A stretch of DNA of 64,000 nt from an uncultured delta proteobacterium (GTDB taxonomy: Bacteria; Myxococcota_A; Polyangia; Polyangiales; B10-G4). This document shows positions 50,089 to 61,892 of this stretch, in pieces. Location: assembly GCA_963727445.1 (NCBI GenBank), contig CAVSGI010000006.1, forward strand, positions 730,617 to 794,616, in the 5' to 3' direction. Below the pieces are notes generated by a model, which saw nothing but the letters and a program-made list of their open reading frames with translations, searched no databases and was not told the origin of the DNA. Both the position numbers and the translations under genes were made by a program. Positions within the stretch are counted from its first letter, which is position 1, and each line of letters starts with the position of its first letter.

Positions 50089-52001
50089 TCAGAGGGAAAC
50101 ACGAAACGTGCGCCCCCAAGCAGCGAGCATCACCAGCGCCCACAGCTGGTGAGTCGCTTTGTACACGCTCACGTCGCCCCAATCTTCTTTTGCGGCGAGC
50201 CCGAGACTCAGAATCTGCTTCGTGGCTTCTAGGTCGAGAAGCCCCTCGACGCGGCGTTCGGTCAGCAGCAGCTCCCTCGCGACCGCTTCGTACTCTTCGT
50301 TCTGATATCGATGTAGCGGGATACTGAACCCACTCTTGGGCGTGGACAGGACTTCTTGGGGAACGAGTCGCTTCGCGATGCGGCGAAGTACGCTCTTCCC
50401 AGATTTCCCCGAAGAAGCTGCGAGTCGGGAAGCCGCGCCGCCACTTCAGCGACGGCGCGGTCGAGCATCGGGGCACGAACCTCCAGGGAAGCCGCCATAC
50501 TCGTCGCGATCGACCTTGATGAGCATGTCACACGGCAGATTGTGCGCTTGCCGGTAGTACATGAGGCGTCGAAGCGGCGACCAACGGTGTGCCCGTTCTG
50601 GTAGGCAGGTGACGGCATCCAAGCGGCCGAGCGCGGTGCAGCGCACTTGTTCATCCGAGATTAGTCGCTCGACCATGGGCGGTTCGAAGAGGGAATGTAC
50701 AGCCGCGGGCATCATGTCTTCGCTCTCGACCGCGGCGTCCAACGCACGCCTCACCTGCCCGCACCTTGCCGACGCGACGGAACGCCTCCGTGCCGCCGAG
50801 CCAGCGCGTCGCACGGCGACCCGCTTCGAGCGCGGGCAAGGGAAATTACCAGGAGGCCAAATGACCGCCCCACCGAAAGAACGGATATCCCGCAAAGAGC
50901 TCATCCCCCCCGTCTCCGGACAGGGCGACGGTGACGTGCTCTCTCACTCGCTTGCTCAACTCGAACGTGGGAATTGCGGAAGAGTCACTGAACGGTATGC
51001 CCGCGTGTTCCACGATGCGCTCCAGCTGTCCTGCGCTGAACGAGGTATTCGGGACCTTGATCTCGACGTGGTTGGTTCCCAGGAGCGTCGCGGTCTTTTT
51101 TGCGATCGGCGCTTCGTCATAGCTGGCGTCCTCGAAGCTGACTGTGAACGTACGGATCGGGTCTGACAGCTCTCGTTGGAGAAGAGCCACCACCGTGCTC
51201 GAATCGATGCCCCCCGCTGAGGAATGCACCGAGGGGCACATCACTGACTGCTTGACGCCGCACCGCTGTCGTCAGGGCAGCTTCGACCGCTTCCTCAGCG
51301 GCTCGATCGTCTTCGAGGGCGGGGTCGGGGCGGTAGTCGACCGTGTGGTAGTGGGTCACTCGCGTCGAGCCGCGATGCCAACGCAGATTGGCACCGGGCG
51401 GTAGGCTGCTGACACCTCGAAAGGGGGTCATCGGCTCCGGAATGAGCCCGAGTCGTAGGTAGTACGCCAGTGCCTCTCGATCGGCTTCTCGGGGGATGCC
51501 GGGGTGCTCCAGCAAGCTCTTCAACTCGGAGCTGAACGCCAGCCAACCCGTCCCCTCGAAGAAGAAGAGGGGTTTCTCTCCGAAGGGATCTCTCGCCAGC
51601 GTGAGTGATTCCTCTCTCTTGTCGTAGACCGCGAGTGCAAACATGCCCGCCAGTTCGGTGAGGAGACCTTCGCCCCACTCGGCGAAGCCGTGGCAAATCA
51701 CTTCCGAGTCCGCGCGCGTGCGAAACACGTGTCCGGCGGTCTCGAGGCGGCTCCGAAGCTCGCGGAAGTTGTATATCTCCCCGTTCACGACGGCCGAGAA
51801 CCGCCCGTCGTTGCTCGTCATGGGTTGCTGTCCATTGTCCACGTCGATGATCGCCAAACGAGACATCGCGATCTCAGCGTGGTCGAAATGTCCGACGCCT
51901 TGACCGTCCGGGCCTCGATGGGACAGGGCCGCGTTCATTCGCATCACATCCCGAGCGCGCGTCTCGGGCGAGCCGCCGACTACGCCGCAGATGCCGCACA
52001 T
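50089..52001 (-). CDS. asnB: Asparagine-synthase-family glutamine amidotransferase, frameshifted
   Basis: MCGICG, HRGPD, RLAIID, NGEIYN, FLSGG.DS, ALSGDGGDELFAGY, KVDR..MA.SLEVR.P, KSGFSIP. Confidence 0.9.
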
Positions 52002-52047
52002 GCGCGCGCTCCCGCTTGATGGAACCGCCCCGCGAGCCTTCGGGATG

Positions 52048-53157
52048 TCATCGGTCGCCCCACTCGGCGATCAGAATATCCGCGATCCGTTCGCCGGCGT
52101 GACCGTCCCAGCCTGGGATCGCTGCGGGCACCCGAGCCCGAGGCTGGGCAATGACCGGAAGCATCAGTTCTCGTCCAAGGTCGTCACGATTGCCGACTAT
52201 CTGATTCGTCCCATGCGTCACGGTGGCTGGACGCTCAGTGCCTGGCCGAATCGTGAAGCAAGGGACCCCCATGAAGGAGGTCTCTTCTTGAATGCCACCC
52301 GAGTCGGTGATCACGGCGCGCGAATCACTCATCAGGCTGAGAAGCTCGCGATAGGTGCACGGAGGATGAACGCCGATCTTCGGATTCGCTTCGAGGCGTT
52401 CGAGCAGGCCGGCTGCTTCGAGGGCCCGGCGCGTTCGCGGATGACATGGAAAGAACACAACGACTCGCTCGGCGACCCACTCCAAGAGCTCGACAATCTC
52501 GTTCAGGCGTGTTGGAACATCCACATTCGACGGGCGATGGGCCGTGACGACCACGAAGTCGTTCGGGTTGACGCCCATCTTCGTGACGGGATACTGGGAT
52601 CTCGCCGTTGCCAACTCTGCAACGAGACTGTCAATCATCACGTTGCCGACGTATCGAATGCTCGCCGGGTCTGAGCCCTCGCGTTCGAGGTTCTTTTCTC
52701 CACTCGGCTCGCTGACGAGCAAGAGGTCGCTGATTACGTCCGTCTGGAGTCGATTGAGCTCCTCAGGCATCCGGCGGTCGAAAAATCTCAAGCCCGCTTC
52801 GACGTGCGCAACCGGTACATGAAGCTTCGCCGCTGCGGTCGCGGCGGCAACAGTGGAGTTGACGTCGCCGACCACCACGATCCCCGCCGGAGTCTCGGCG
52901 GCCTCGAGAAGGTAGCGTTCCATGGCCACCATGACTGCGGCTGTCTGCTCTGCGTGGGTACCCGAGCCGACGCCGAAATGGGCGTCTGGCTGGCGCAGGC
53001 CCAACTCCTCGAAGAATACATCGGACATGCTCGCGTCGTAGTGCTGCCCGGTGTGAATCAGGAGTGAAGAATGCCTCCGCGCTCGTATGGCGCGGATGAT
53101 CGGCGCAACCTTCATGAAGTTGGGGCGCGCCCCCGCGACGAAGACGAACGGCCTCAC
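52048..53157 (-). CDS. wecB: UDP-N-acetylglucosamine 2-epimerase, non-hydrolysing
   Basis: GARPNFMK, HTGQHYD, GDVNST, HVEAGLR, MPEELNR, TDSGGIQEE, TERP. Confidence 0.93.
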   Translation of the reverse strand: MRPFVFVAGARPNFMKVAPIIRAIRARRHSSLLIHTGQHYDASMSDVFFEELGLRQPDAHFGVGSGTHAEQTAAVMVAMERYLLEAAETPAGIVVVGDVNSTVAAATAAAKLHVPVAHVEAGLRFFDRRMPEELNRLQTDVISDLLLVSEPSGEKNLEREGSDPASIRYVGNVMIDSLVAELATARSQYPVTKMGVNPNDFVVVTAHRPSNVDVPTRLNEIVELLEWVAERVVVFFPCHPRTRRALEAAGLLERLEANPKIGVHPPCTYRELLSLMSDSRAVITDSGGIQEETSFMGVPCFTIRPGTERPATVTHGTNQIVGNRDDLGRELMLPVIAQPRARVPAAIPGWDGHAGERIADILIAEWGDR

Positions 53158-54515
53158 GATGCAAGACTCCCGGTAGCACGCGATGGGCGAAGGTGGCCGG
53201 CCCCCGACGCTGACCCAGCCGAGGGGGCTCGGGCAGCTCGTAGTCGTGCCACCGAAGAGATGACGCCGAGGAAAAGGAAGTAGTGAGGACTCTTGAAGAG
53301 CGTGCCGCCGACTCCAGCGACCATGAAGAGCACCATTATTGGAATCGCCGCCGCCATGACGGGTGATACGAAAGGCTCAAGCGCCAAGCGTTTTCGGACT
53401 CGAGAGAAGAGCTTGAGGAAGAGCCATAGGTACACGGCGAGTCCAAGCAGGCCCGTCGAGACCAGCATGCTGAGGTACTCATTGTGCGCACCAACGTCGT
53501 GATCCTTCATTCTCGGGTCGTCCAAGTGCCCGAGGCGCCGAATGTATGTGCGGTGATAGTAACGGTACTGGGCAGTGCCTACGCCGAGTAGGTAGTGATC
53601 CACGGCGACGTTCCAGACCGCTCTCCAGATGTCCGATCGACCGGAACCCGTCGTAACGGAGCCGCTGCGTTCGTACCGCTTCAACACCCCGGCACTATCC
53701 TCCACCCCCTGCGTGGTCATGACCAACGCGGAAGCGGCGATCATCAGGGCTCCGACGGTCAGTGTGACGCGCTTCCTCATCTGGGATGTGCCGAGACGTC
53801 GGCCTGCGATTGTCGGCATCATCAAGAGGATGAATGTGCCGAGTGTGAGCGCTAGCGCGCCACTTCGCGATCCCGTCAAGACCACGACCACTAGGAGCAA
53901 CAACATCGTGGCGGCCCGGCGAATCTGGACGATTGACCGTCGTTTCTTGCCGAACAGTACCGCTGCGAGAAGCAAGAGGAAGCTCGCGCCTGCTGCTGCC
54001 GAAAGTGAATTGGGGTTCTTGAAGAAGGCGGATAGCCGCGTCGCTTCGCCCGCTCCAGGGGCGAAGGGGTGGAGGAGCACGCCGCATACGATGCCAGCGA
54101 TGTAGGCTGTCAGCACAGGTTGAGTAGTTCTGCGTGGATCGAACGTGCTCTTGAATGCCAGGTAGACGAAGAACGAAAAGAGCGTGAGCAGCACGTCATT
54201 GAACGCCCACGAGAGGTAGCCCGCGTCGTCAACGACCTTCCAGAACGCGGCCATGGCCAGGCCGAGGCCAACGAGGAAGAGGATGCCCTTGTCGAAGAAG
54301 TCCAGGCGCGTGCGACGCCGAGGCATCAGGAACGGCCAGGCGACGATGATAACCAACCCCACGAGACGGTAGGGCTTGAACACGGTTCTGTTCTCGAAAT
54401 AGCGAACCAGGATGTGTTCGAACGGAAGCAGGAAGAAGTAGACCATCAGGAGCCACTGGATGATGGTGGCTCCGCCAGCCTTGCTTCTTCGCCTCGGCCG
54501 AACGACGGCGCTCAT
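53154..54515 (-). CDS. O-antigen ligase/Wzy-family polymerase
   Basis: Multi-pass membrane protein with NPN, LTGSRSG, GR..IW, LLGVG and AHNEYL motifs. Confidence 0.85.
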   Translation of the reverse strand: MSAVVRPRRRSKAGGATIIQWLLMVYFFLLPFEHILVRYFENRTVFKPYRLVGLVIIVAWPFLMPRRRTRLDFFDKGILFLVGLGLAMAAFWKVVDDAGYLSWAFNDVLLTLFSFFVYLAFKSTFDPRRTTQPVLTAYIAGIVCGVLLHPFAPGAGEATRLSAFFKNPNSLSAAAGASFLLLLAAVLFGKKRRSIVQIRRAATMLLLLVVVVLTGSRSGALALTLGTFILLMMPTIAGRRLGTSQMRKRVTLTVGALMIAASALVMTTQGVEDSAGVLKRYERSGSVTTGSGRSDIWRAVWNVAVDHYLLGVGTAQYRYYHRTYIRRLGHLDDPRMKDHDVGAHNEYLSMLVSTGLLGLAVYLWLFLKLFSRVRKRLALEPFVSPVMAAAIPIMVLFMVAGVGGTLFKSPHYFLFLGVISSVARLRAARAPSAGSASGAGHLRPSRATGSLAS

Positions 54516-55459
54516 GGCCAGACCTCCCGCAGCACTTCGGCAAGCTTCTCGGCGAGGAAGAGCTCGGTCTTCTGGAAGGACTCCTCCGTGTTGCCGCCTA
54601 TGTGCGGGACGATGATGAGATTTCCACCGGCACGGGCAAGTTGGATCAGAGGTCGGTCGGCGGTTACTCGATCTTCGCCTTCGAGAACGTCGAGCGCCGC
54701 ACCCGCCAGCGCGTTGGCTCTAAGTGCTTCGTTCAACGCAGTTTCGTCGATGACCCCGCCGCGGGATGTGTTGACCAGGACGGCATTGGGTCGCATTGCG
54801 GAGAGAAGCTCACTCCCGATCAAGTGGTGTGTCGAGTCGTCGTAGCGGACGTGCAGAGTGACCAGGTCGGAACGGGAGAAGAGCTCTTCGAGCGAGCGAA
54901 CTCTTTCGACGTGAGCTGGCGTTTCGCCACTCGGGTCGTATCCGAGCACATTCATCCCGAGCGTGTGGAGATACTCCGAGACGATCGTTCCGAGTCGCCC
55001 CAGGCCTACTACACCAGCCGTCTTCTCGTAGAGCTCTCGCCCCCGAAAGGCGTCTCGGTTCCACTCTCCCCGTTTCACCGATGCGGCCGCATCCGGAATG
55101 TTCCTGAGGAGAGCGAGCGCGAGTCCAATGGTGAGCTCGGCTGTCGCGCGCACCCGCTTGAGAAACTCCCGCTCGCCACGAAGGCTCACGATGCGTACAC
55201 CCGCTCGCGCGCAGGCCGACTCGTCGATGTGGTCGAGGCCCGTGACGGGACACGCGATGATACGGCAGCGACAACCCTCCAGCTCTGCAGCCCCGATCCG
55301 ATGACCCAGGCGAAACCAAAACACATCACACTCTCGGAGGGCCGAGGCGAGCTCGTCGGAAGGGCACGTGCTCGACACGACGTCACCCAACTCTCGCAGG
55401 CGCGACAACGCGGCGGCGCTGAAGTCGTCCGGTTCAGCTAGCCGAATCAGCGGACGCAT
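54512..55459 (-). CDS. D-isomer-specific 2-hydroxyacid dehydrogenase (SerA-like)
   Basis: TGLDHID, ATAELT, GVVGLGRLG, LVNTSRG, AALDV, PHIGG. Confidence 0.9.
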   Translation of the reverse strand: MRPLIRLAEPDDFSAAALSRLRELGDVVSSTCPSDELASALRECDVFWFRLGHRIGAAELEGCRCRIIACPVTGLDHIDESACARAGVRIVSLRGEREFLKRVRATAELTIGLALALLRNIPDAAASVKRGEWNRDAFRGRELYEKTAGVVGLGRLGTIVSEYLHTLGMNVLGYDPSGETPAHVERVRSLEELFSRSDLVTLHVRYDDSTHHLIGSELLSAMRPNAVLVNTSRGGVIDETALNEALRANALAGAALDVLEGEDRVTADRPLIQLARAGGNLIIVPHIGGNTEESFQKTELFLAEKLAEVLREVWP

Positions 55460-56624
55460 CGGGGCGCTCGGACAGGAAGGAAAGCGTCTTCTGAATGTAG
55501 GGGTCGATGTGTGTGAGTTTCTCCGCGAGATCGTTCGAGACATTGCCGTGCCCATAAAGGGTGCTCGGCTCGTAGCGGCCGTGGGCCAGCTGGCGTTCGA
55601 TGGCCGACGCGATGTCCTTCTGCCGAGGCGCTACTTGCGTGACGTGCACGTCGCGCTCTCTTCCGTTCTGCCTGTCCCCGACCAGGACGACGGGAGTGCC
55701 GAAGAAGCCGGCGTCGCGAACGAAGCTACTCGAGTTGCCCACCGCCACAGCCGCCGTGCCGAGCACGCGCAGGTACTGCTCGGGGACCAGGTTGGTGATC
55801 GCGCGGAGCCAGCCAGCGTCGACCTTGTCGCGAAAGACACGTATCGCTTTGCTAATGTGGTCTGAGCCGGCGTCGATGTTGGGCCAGAGGAGGACGGTCT
55901 GGGTGCCGGCGTTCGCGAGGGCAGCCAGCAACTCGGTCATTTGCTCGCCCTCTGCCCCGTAGGTCGTCGTCGTGGGGTGAAAGACGACGAGGAGGAAGGG
56001 CTTGTCGACGTCGATGACCGCACCCGACCCTCTTCCGTTGATCACCGAAGGATCGAGTGAGAGGTCGAGGCCGAGAGCGATGTCGCTGGAGGGACAGCCG
56101 ATACCCAGCACCGTCTCTTCGTGTTCCCCCATGCGAAGGATGAAGTCTGCCGCGCGACGAGTCGCGGGGTAATGGTACTGAGAGAACTTGGTGATGGCGT
56201 GGCGAGTGCTTTCGTCGATCGAGCCACTGACCTCGCCTCCCTGCATGTGGACGACAGGGATGTTCATGAATGCCGCAGCGACAGAAGCGGCGAGCGCTTC
56301 GTATCGGTCGCCGATGAGAAGGACGAAGTGCGGAGCGAGGCGCTTCAGCTCGCCGGCGAATTCGACGACTCCGAACCCCACGGACTTCGCCATCGTCGAA
56401 GGCGTCGACCCTTCGAGCTCCATGAAGATCTCGCTGTCGATGCGAAAACCGTCGCGTCGGACCACTTCTACCGGTTGGCCGAAGCGCTCGAGGACCATGG
56501 TTCCAGCTGCGATGACTTGGAGCTCGAGCTCCGGTTTGTCCTCAATCGCCTGCATGACGGGCTTGAGACGCCCGTAGTTTGCGCGATCCACGAGGACGAC
56601 ACACACGCGTCGAGGTTCAGACAA
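55434..56624 (-). CDS. neuC: NDP-GlcNAc-type 2-epimerase, hydrolysing (NeuC family)
   Basis: RANYG, GDRYE, HMQGGEVSGSIDE..RHAITK, FHP.T, PNIDAG, GNSSS, GDRQ.GRE. Confidence 0.9.
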   Translation of the reverse strand: MSEPRRVCVVLVDRANYGRLKPVMQAIEDKPELELQVIAAGTMVLERFGQPVEVVRRDGFRIDSEIFMELEGSTPSTMAKSVGFGVVEFAGELKRLAPHFVLLIGDRYEALAASVAAAFMNIPVVHMQGGEVSGSIDESTRHAITKFSQYHYPATRRAADFILRMGEHEETVLGIGCPSSDIALGLDLSLDPSVINGRGSGAVIDVDKPFLLVVFHPTTTTYGAEGEQMTELLAALANAGTQTVLLWPNIDAGSDHISKAIRVFRDKVDAGWLRAITNLVPEQYLRVLGTAAVAVGNSSSFVRDAGFFGTPVVLVGDRQNGRERDVHVTQVAPRQKDIASAIERQLAHGRYEPSTLYGHGNVSNDLAEKLTHIDPYIQKTLSFLSERPDASADSAS

Positions 56625-57671
56625 GATGCTCCTCCATCAGGAGTGTGTCGACGTCGACGTCCACTCGGAGCTTTCTTCCGAGGACCTCGCTCACTCGACT
56701 GGCGTTGATACCGGTGCCGGGCTTCTTGAACGCTACGTCCTCCGACGTGAGAACGGACCCCGCAGGCAGGTTCCGAGCTGCCACCACCGACTTCGAAAAG
56801 AGCTGTCGCAGGTCCGCCGTTTCGTCCGCGGCTCGAATCCTTGTTCACCGGGTGTTGGATGATGCGTTCGACATGGCGCACTCCGTCAACCAACGTTCGG
56901 AGTTGGTTCGGCGTGAGAGAGGACGAGGTGTCAGGGCCGAAGCAGAGCTCGGAGAAGACGATGTGAACCTCGAGCATATTGGCTTCGAGAGCTGCTGCCG
57001 CAATGCCGGTGGCCGAAACGGCCGAATGGTCCGACAAGCCGACGGGGCAACCGTATCGCGACCGGAGCTCGCTCATGACGTTGAGCCCGACTCGTTCTGG
57101 GGGGCACGGATAGGACGTGGTCGTCTGGAAAATCCCCAGCCCACCACCGCCTGTTCGGACGAAGATTGACAGCAGCATCCAATTCGGCCCAGGACGACAT
57201 CCCACTCGAGAGCAGAATCGGCTTTTTCGTGGAGACCATCTGAGCGAGAAGGGCGTGATTGGAAACCTCTCCGGAGGCGATCTTCCAAGCGGGCATTCCG
57301 AGCCGAGTCAGCAAATCCACGGCCTTGGCGGAGAAGGCCGAAGAGAGAAAAACAATCCCCGCTTCTGCGGCATGCTCCGCGAGGCCGGTCCACTGCGCCT
57401 CATCGAACTCCATCCTCCGCCAGTATTCGTAGCGTGTTCCATCCTGGCGGCTGAACTGGATGCGCCAGGGCTCGGCCGGCGTTGATTCTTCCGCCGCAAA
57501 ATGCGTCTGGAACTTCACGGCATCCGCGCCGCACTGAGCTGCCATGTCGATGTAGGCGTGAGCGGCTCCGAGCGAACCGTCGTGCGCTTGAGCCACCTCG
57601 GCGATGATGAAGCAGGGCTCACCAGGTCCGACTCGTCGATCGCCAATGCGGAAATGCGCAGACTTTTCCAT
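56617..57671 (-). CDS. neuB: N-acetylneuraminate/nonulosonate synthase, frameshifted
   Basis: FIIAEVAQAHDG, ADAVKFQT, KIASGE, LSSGM, GLSDHS, C-terminal SAF domain (KKPGTGI). Confidence 0.9.
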
Positions 57672-57837
57672 CCGTCCCTTTGGCGAAGCCTCGGCTTCAC
57701 TAGTTGCGAACGACGCCTCATCCCTTCAGAGGCACGTCAGTCGAGGTTGAAATCGTTGAAGTTTCCCGCAGTGGCCAGCGGAAGCGGTGTTCAAGCATGC
57801 TTGGAGGGCCAGGGCAACCTCTCGACCCGACCCAACG

Positions 57838-59052
57838 TCAGCTTCGGTCTAGCAAGCGCTGGAGATCATTGCTGAAAATCTGCCGAGCGTAGTGGCTTTC
57901 GACGTAATCATGTCCCGACTTCCCCATTTTCGTGGCGTCCGCGTGGGCCACTGCGGCACCGAGGGCTTCGGCGAGGGCTTCGGCGCTTCCGGGTCGAACC
58001 ACCCAGCCGCATCCCGCAGCCCGAACCACATCTCCACACTCGCCCTCGACGTTGGTGAGGACGGGAAGCGATGCCGCCATGTAGTCGAAGAGCTTGTTGG
58101 GGCTCACCCCGCTTCGAAAGAGGGGAGTGTCCTTGAGCGTGAGCACGCCAACGTCGCATCGGGAGAACAGACGAGGGATCTCACTTTTCGGCACGGGATC
58201 CATGAAAGTGATGTTGCGTAGGCCCCTGACGCGCGCGCGCTCGCGGAGCCCTGCCTTCTCCACGCCATCACCGACGAGTAGGACGTGTACTCGGGTCTCG
58301 CCTCGGCGCTGGAGGATGTCGGCAGCATCGACGAGAGCCGAGAGATCATTCGCCGGCCCATGAGCACCCGCATAGATCGCGACTAGCTGCGCCTCGGGAA
58401 AGCCGGGCGGCGGAGGACCATGCTCCGGAGAGCTGAAGCTCGAAAGTTCGACGCCGTTTGGAATGTAATGAATCCGGTTGCGGTCGACGCCACACTCCAC
58501 GATCGCATCAGCGTTCTTCTGAGCAAGCACGATGATTTGATCTGCTCGGTGGTACAGATGATCGGCCAGAACCCGAAGGGCGCGCGTCGTCGTGCTCGAC
58601 CGACCGGTGACCGCCACCATGCTCTCGGGCCAAAGATCACGCACCTCGAGGATGAACTTCACCCTGCGGATCGCTGCAGCCTTCTGCGTGGCGGCCGCGG
58701 CAAAGAGCGTCGGGGAGGAGCCGATGAAGGTCGTGCGCGAGGAGATGGGTACATGGAGCAGGTGATGAAAGGTGGCCTGCGCGAAACGGAGCATTCCTGC
58801 GGCTCGTCTCCAGTCGTTGCTCTCGTACGTCAGGGTGTGCAGCCAGTGAAAGGCACGCCCGCGATTCGCTCACGAATGACGCGGAGATCGCGGGGCCGCG
58901 ACGGCGCTCGTATTGCCTCGTGCCGAGATTGATGTCGGAGGCGACGATCGTGACCTCCGTGCCCGCGTCGTTGAGCAACTTGGCGAAGTCGAAGTGCCGG
59001 GTGCCGCCGGGAAGATCGGGGGTACCGCGAACTGGTTGACCCAGTAATGCAT
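57838..59052 (-). CDS. Glycosyltransferase family 4 (WbuB-like), frameshifted near the 5' end
   Basis: SSPTLF, EVRDLWPE, IPNGV, YAG.HG.AN.L, SPNKLFDYMAA.LPV. Confidence 0.88.
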
Positions 59053-61071
59053 CACTGCTCCTCCATCAGGAGCGCCACTGCTCGGTCAGTCTGACCGGAC
59101 CCATAGGCCTCGAGAGCCCGATGCGGGATGGATGGCTTCGATCCGTCAGCGTGGAGTGCGAAGGCGAAGACCGAAGCGGGCCGAAGCGAGGAAAGCTCGG
59201 ATGGATGTGCACGGGATCCTCTTTCCGTATGTGGGCGAATACCATCCCAGAGTGTCGTCTCGTGACCCCGTCCGACACTCAATCCGCACATCGGGGTCGC
59301 CTTCGACGCGAATGGCGACTCCTTCCCGCGTCCATTGATCGGCGTCTCGTTCCCAGTCGTCCCCGAGCAAGTTCCAGTGAGCTCGCATCGTCAGCTTTCT
59401 CTGTGCAACGAGTCTGTCGAAGACGATAATGCTCCGCTCACGATGCAGCACGAGGCGTTTGTGTAACACATGCTTCCGATCGTCTGCGTGAGTGTGGGCG
59501 ATGATGAGATGGGCGCGTTCGGTGCGCTCGAGTCTGGTAATGCGGGCGTCATTCCAACGAGACCACATAAAGCGCCCAACGCGCCGCATTTGGTCTCGAT
59601 CTTCGACACTGCAGGTATTGTGAACTCTCGTTGACGCGAGCCCGTTGTCCCAGGGCGGGCTAGCGGTGTATGCGAATGTGCCGGGGTCCAAGAGGATGTT
59701 CTCCCCATCTACGAACAGGTCGATGTGCAGACTGTCCGCGTGCGCTGGTCGATGTGTCCGCTTGCCAGCCGGCATGAAGATGGACGAGCTTGGGAACCGG
59801 GAGTCGACGTACCCGGAGCCGGTAGCAGCCAGTGCTCGACTCTCCCGTCCACGCGTCTCCTGAGTGTCGGAGTCGATTCCAAACCACGACACTTCCTCGT
59901 CGTAGGGCCCTGACACGAAAGCTCTCCGATTCCTGGTCATCAGCGAGATGTGCTGGAGGAGGGGGCGCATGTCCGGAACTCGCAGGTGCTCAGCGGAATG
60001 ATCAGCGCCCCGTCGTTGGACCCGTAGTTGGGAAGACGGCCGGTCTCCAAATCGATGAATCGGTGCATGAAGTCGAAGGTGCGCTCGAGCGCGGACATCA
60101 CCCCCGGAGGGCAGGGGACTCGGTAGTGGCGGCTCACCCACGCGACGAAGAGCAGCGAATGTGCGAAGAGCCGCTGGTAGTTGAACGAGTCCTGAATGTA
60201 TGCCCCGTCCGCTGCGAGTTGGTCGGCGAGAACCTTCTCGAGCAGACGCTCCGCGCGTCGACGGTTCTGTGCTGCCCTAGGCCAGCTCGGCGCGATCACC
60301 GAGCACGTCCAGAGACCGATCAACTCGCTGGTGGTGTGGTTGTTCCGGAATCGATAGCGCGTGGCCGAGTGTCTGGGCGACCCGACGGTACGAGTCGAAG
60401 AGAAGTTGATCCACTTTGCGCTCGACGCTCTCGATCGGTGGCTTCGTGTCTTTCCAAGAGCGCTCGAGCAAAGGTCAACGCCATCACCCGGAGAGAGGTT
60501 TCCTGCCCGCAGTACCAGTTGGGTCCGAGGAAGGGAGGGTTCGCCTCCATCCAGGCTTCGACGGCGGACCAGAGCGCGTGGATGAACCGGTCTTCGCCGG
60601 TGGCCGCCCAGGCGCGACAGAGGTGCCACACGAAGCCGAAACGACTCGGCTCCCAGATGGTACTTGATGTCACCCGCCATGAGGTCGGAGGTCGAAATGT
60701 GGCTCCAGTGCTTCTTCTTCCACTGGACTCCGGTCAGAGGGTGAACGAGAGAGGTGGGAGGCCATCCGGATGGGTGCCATGTTGCAGAGAAGTAGGGGTA
60801 CTCCCCGCCGAGCATGCGCTCGGCATCAGTGCGTATCTTCTCGCGCGTATCCGGATGGCGATCGTAGAGGTCGATCACCGCGTCGGGCAGATCGAACGCG
60901 GGAAACTCGGCGGGCGACGGAGCTGGCCGGCTGTTGAGCCGCTGGTACGCGCCGCTCCGAAGCCGCAACTCGTGCAGCGTTGGCCATGCGACGCCGCTGA
61001 CTCCGTAGGTTCTCACGACGTCCCGGGGTCGCAGCTCCCCGAGCCGACGAGTCTGGGCGAAGTCGAGGCAT
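59052..61071 (-). CDS. Heparinase II/III-family protein, frameshifted
   Basis: DIKY.WEPSRF, NPP..GPNW..GQE...R, NNH..SE, PNYGSNDG, HADSLH, DPGT.AY, HNT. Confidence 0.8.
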
Positions 61072-61073
61072 GG

Positions 61074-61691
61074 CTATCGAACGACGCGCGCAGGAACTCC
61101 GACTGCCGTGACGTGGGCGGGGAGGGTGCCGACGACGGTGGCCCCGGCGCCCACCCTCGTCCACTCCCCCACGGATGCCTGTGGGATGCTGCTCGAGCCC
61201 GAGCCCAGGAGGACGCCTTCACCGATCCTCGTGCCCCCAGAACAGGGCGGCGCCCGGCCCGACGTGGGCAAAGTCGCCGATCTCCGGAGTCGTGGTCGAC
61301 TGAGGCGCGCGTGTTGATGATGACGTGGGGACCCGACGGCGGTCCGCGGCTGAAGGACCGCTCCCGCGAAAACGACCGTTCCTGGTCCGAGTGAGACAGT
61401 CGGATGAACGTAGGCGGTCGGATGGACGATGGTCGCGGGTGTTGCTTCGAGGCGTCGAGCGACCTGCATCCTCAGCGTGTTGTCACCGATGGCGACCACC
61501 CAACTCCCGTCTGCGATGTCGGCCCTCTCGATGGGGCCCAGCACCGGAACACCCAACACACGCGTGCCCTCCAGGGAGGCGTCGTCGTCGAAGGCCCCCG
61601 CGACCTCGAAGCCAGCGTCCTGGCACGTGGCGATCACCACGGCGGCATGCCCGCCAGCTCCAATCACGTAGACACGATGCACCGGCGCCAT
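61074..61691 (-). CDS. NeuD/PglD-family sugar acetyltransferase (internal compensating frameshifts)
   Basis: IGAGGHA, VAIGDN..R, IVHPTA, hexapeptide repeats, VGVPAR. Confidence 0.88.
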   Translation of the reverse strand: MAPVHRVYVIGAGGHAAVVIATCQDAGFEVAGAFDDDASLEGTRVLGVPVLGPIERADIADGSWVVAIGDNTLRMQVARRLEATPATIVHPTAYVHPTVSLGPGTVVFAGAVLQPRTAVGSPRHHQHARLSRPRLRRSATLPTSGRAPPCSGGTRIGEGVLLGSGSSSIPQASVGEWTRVGAGATVVGTLPAHVTAVGVPARVVR

Positions 61692-61892
61692 TGTGCCACC
61701 AGCTCGGTTCCCAGCAATTGCCCAGAATCAGCGTTTGGCGCCCCATTGCGCGTGCGTTGTCTCACGAGCGAGCGGCGATGAACGCGTCGGCGCCCATTAG
61801 CAACGAACCGCCGTGAGCTTATCGTTTTGCGCAGCCTCTCCTCATGACCTACCGTCCTCGCCGCAAAGGCGAGAAAAGCGTCGAGGATTTCG

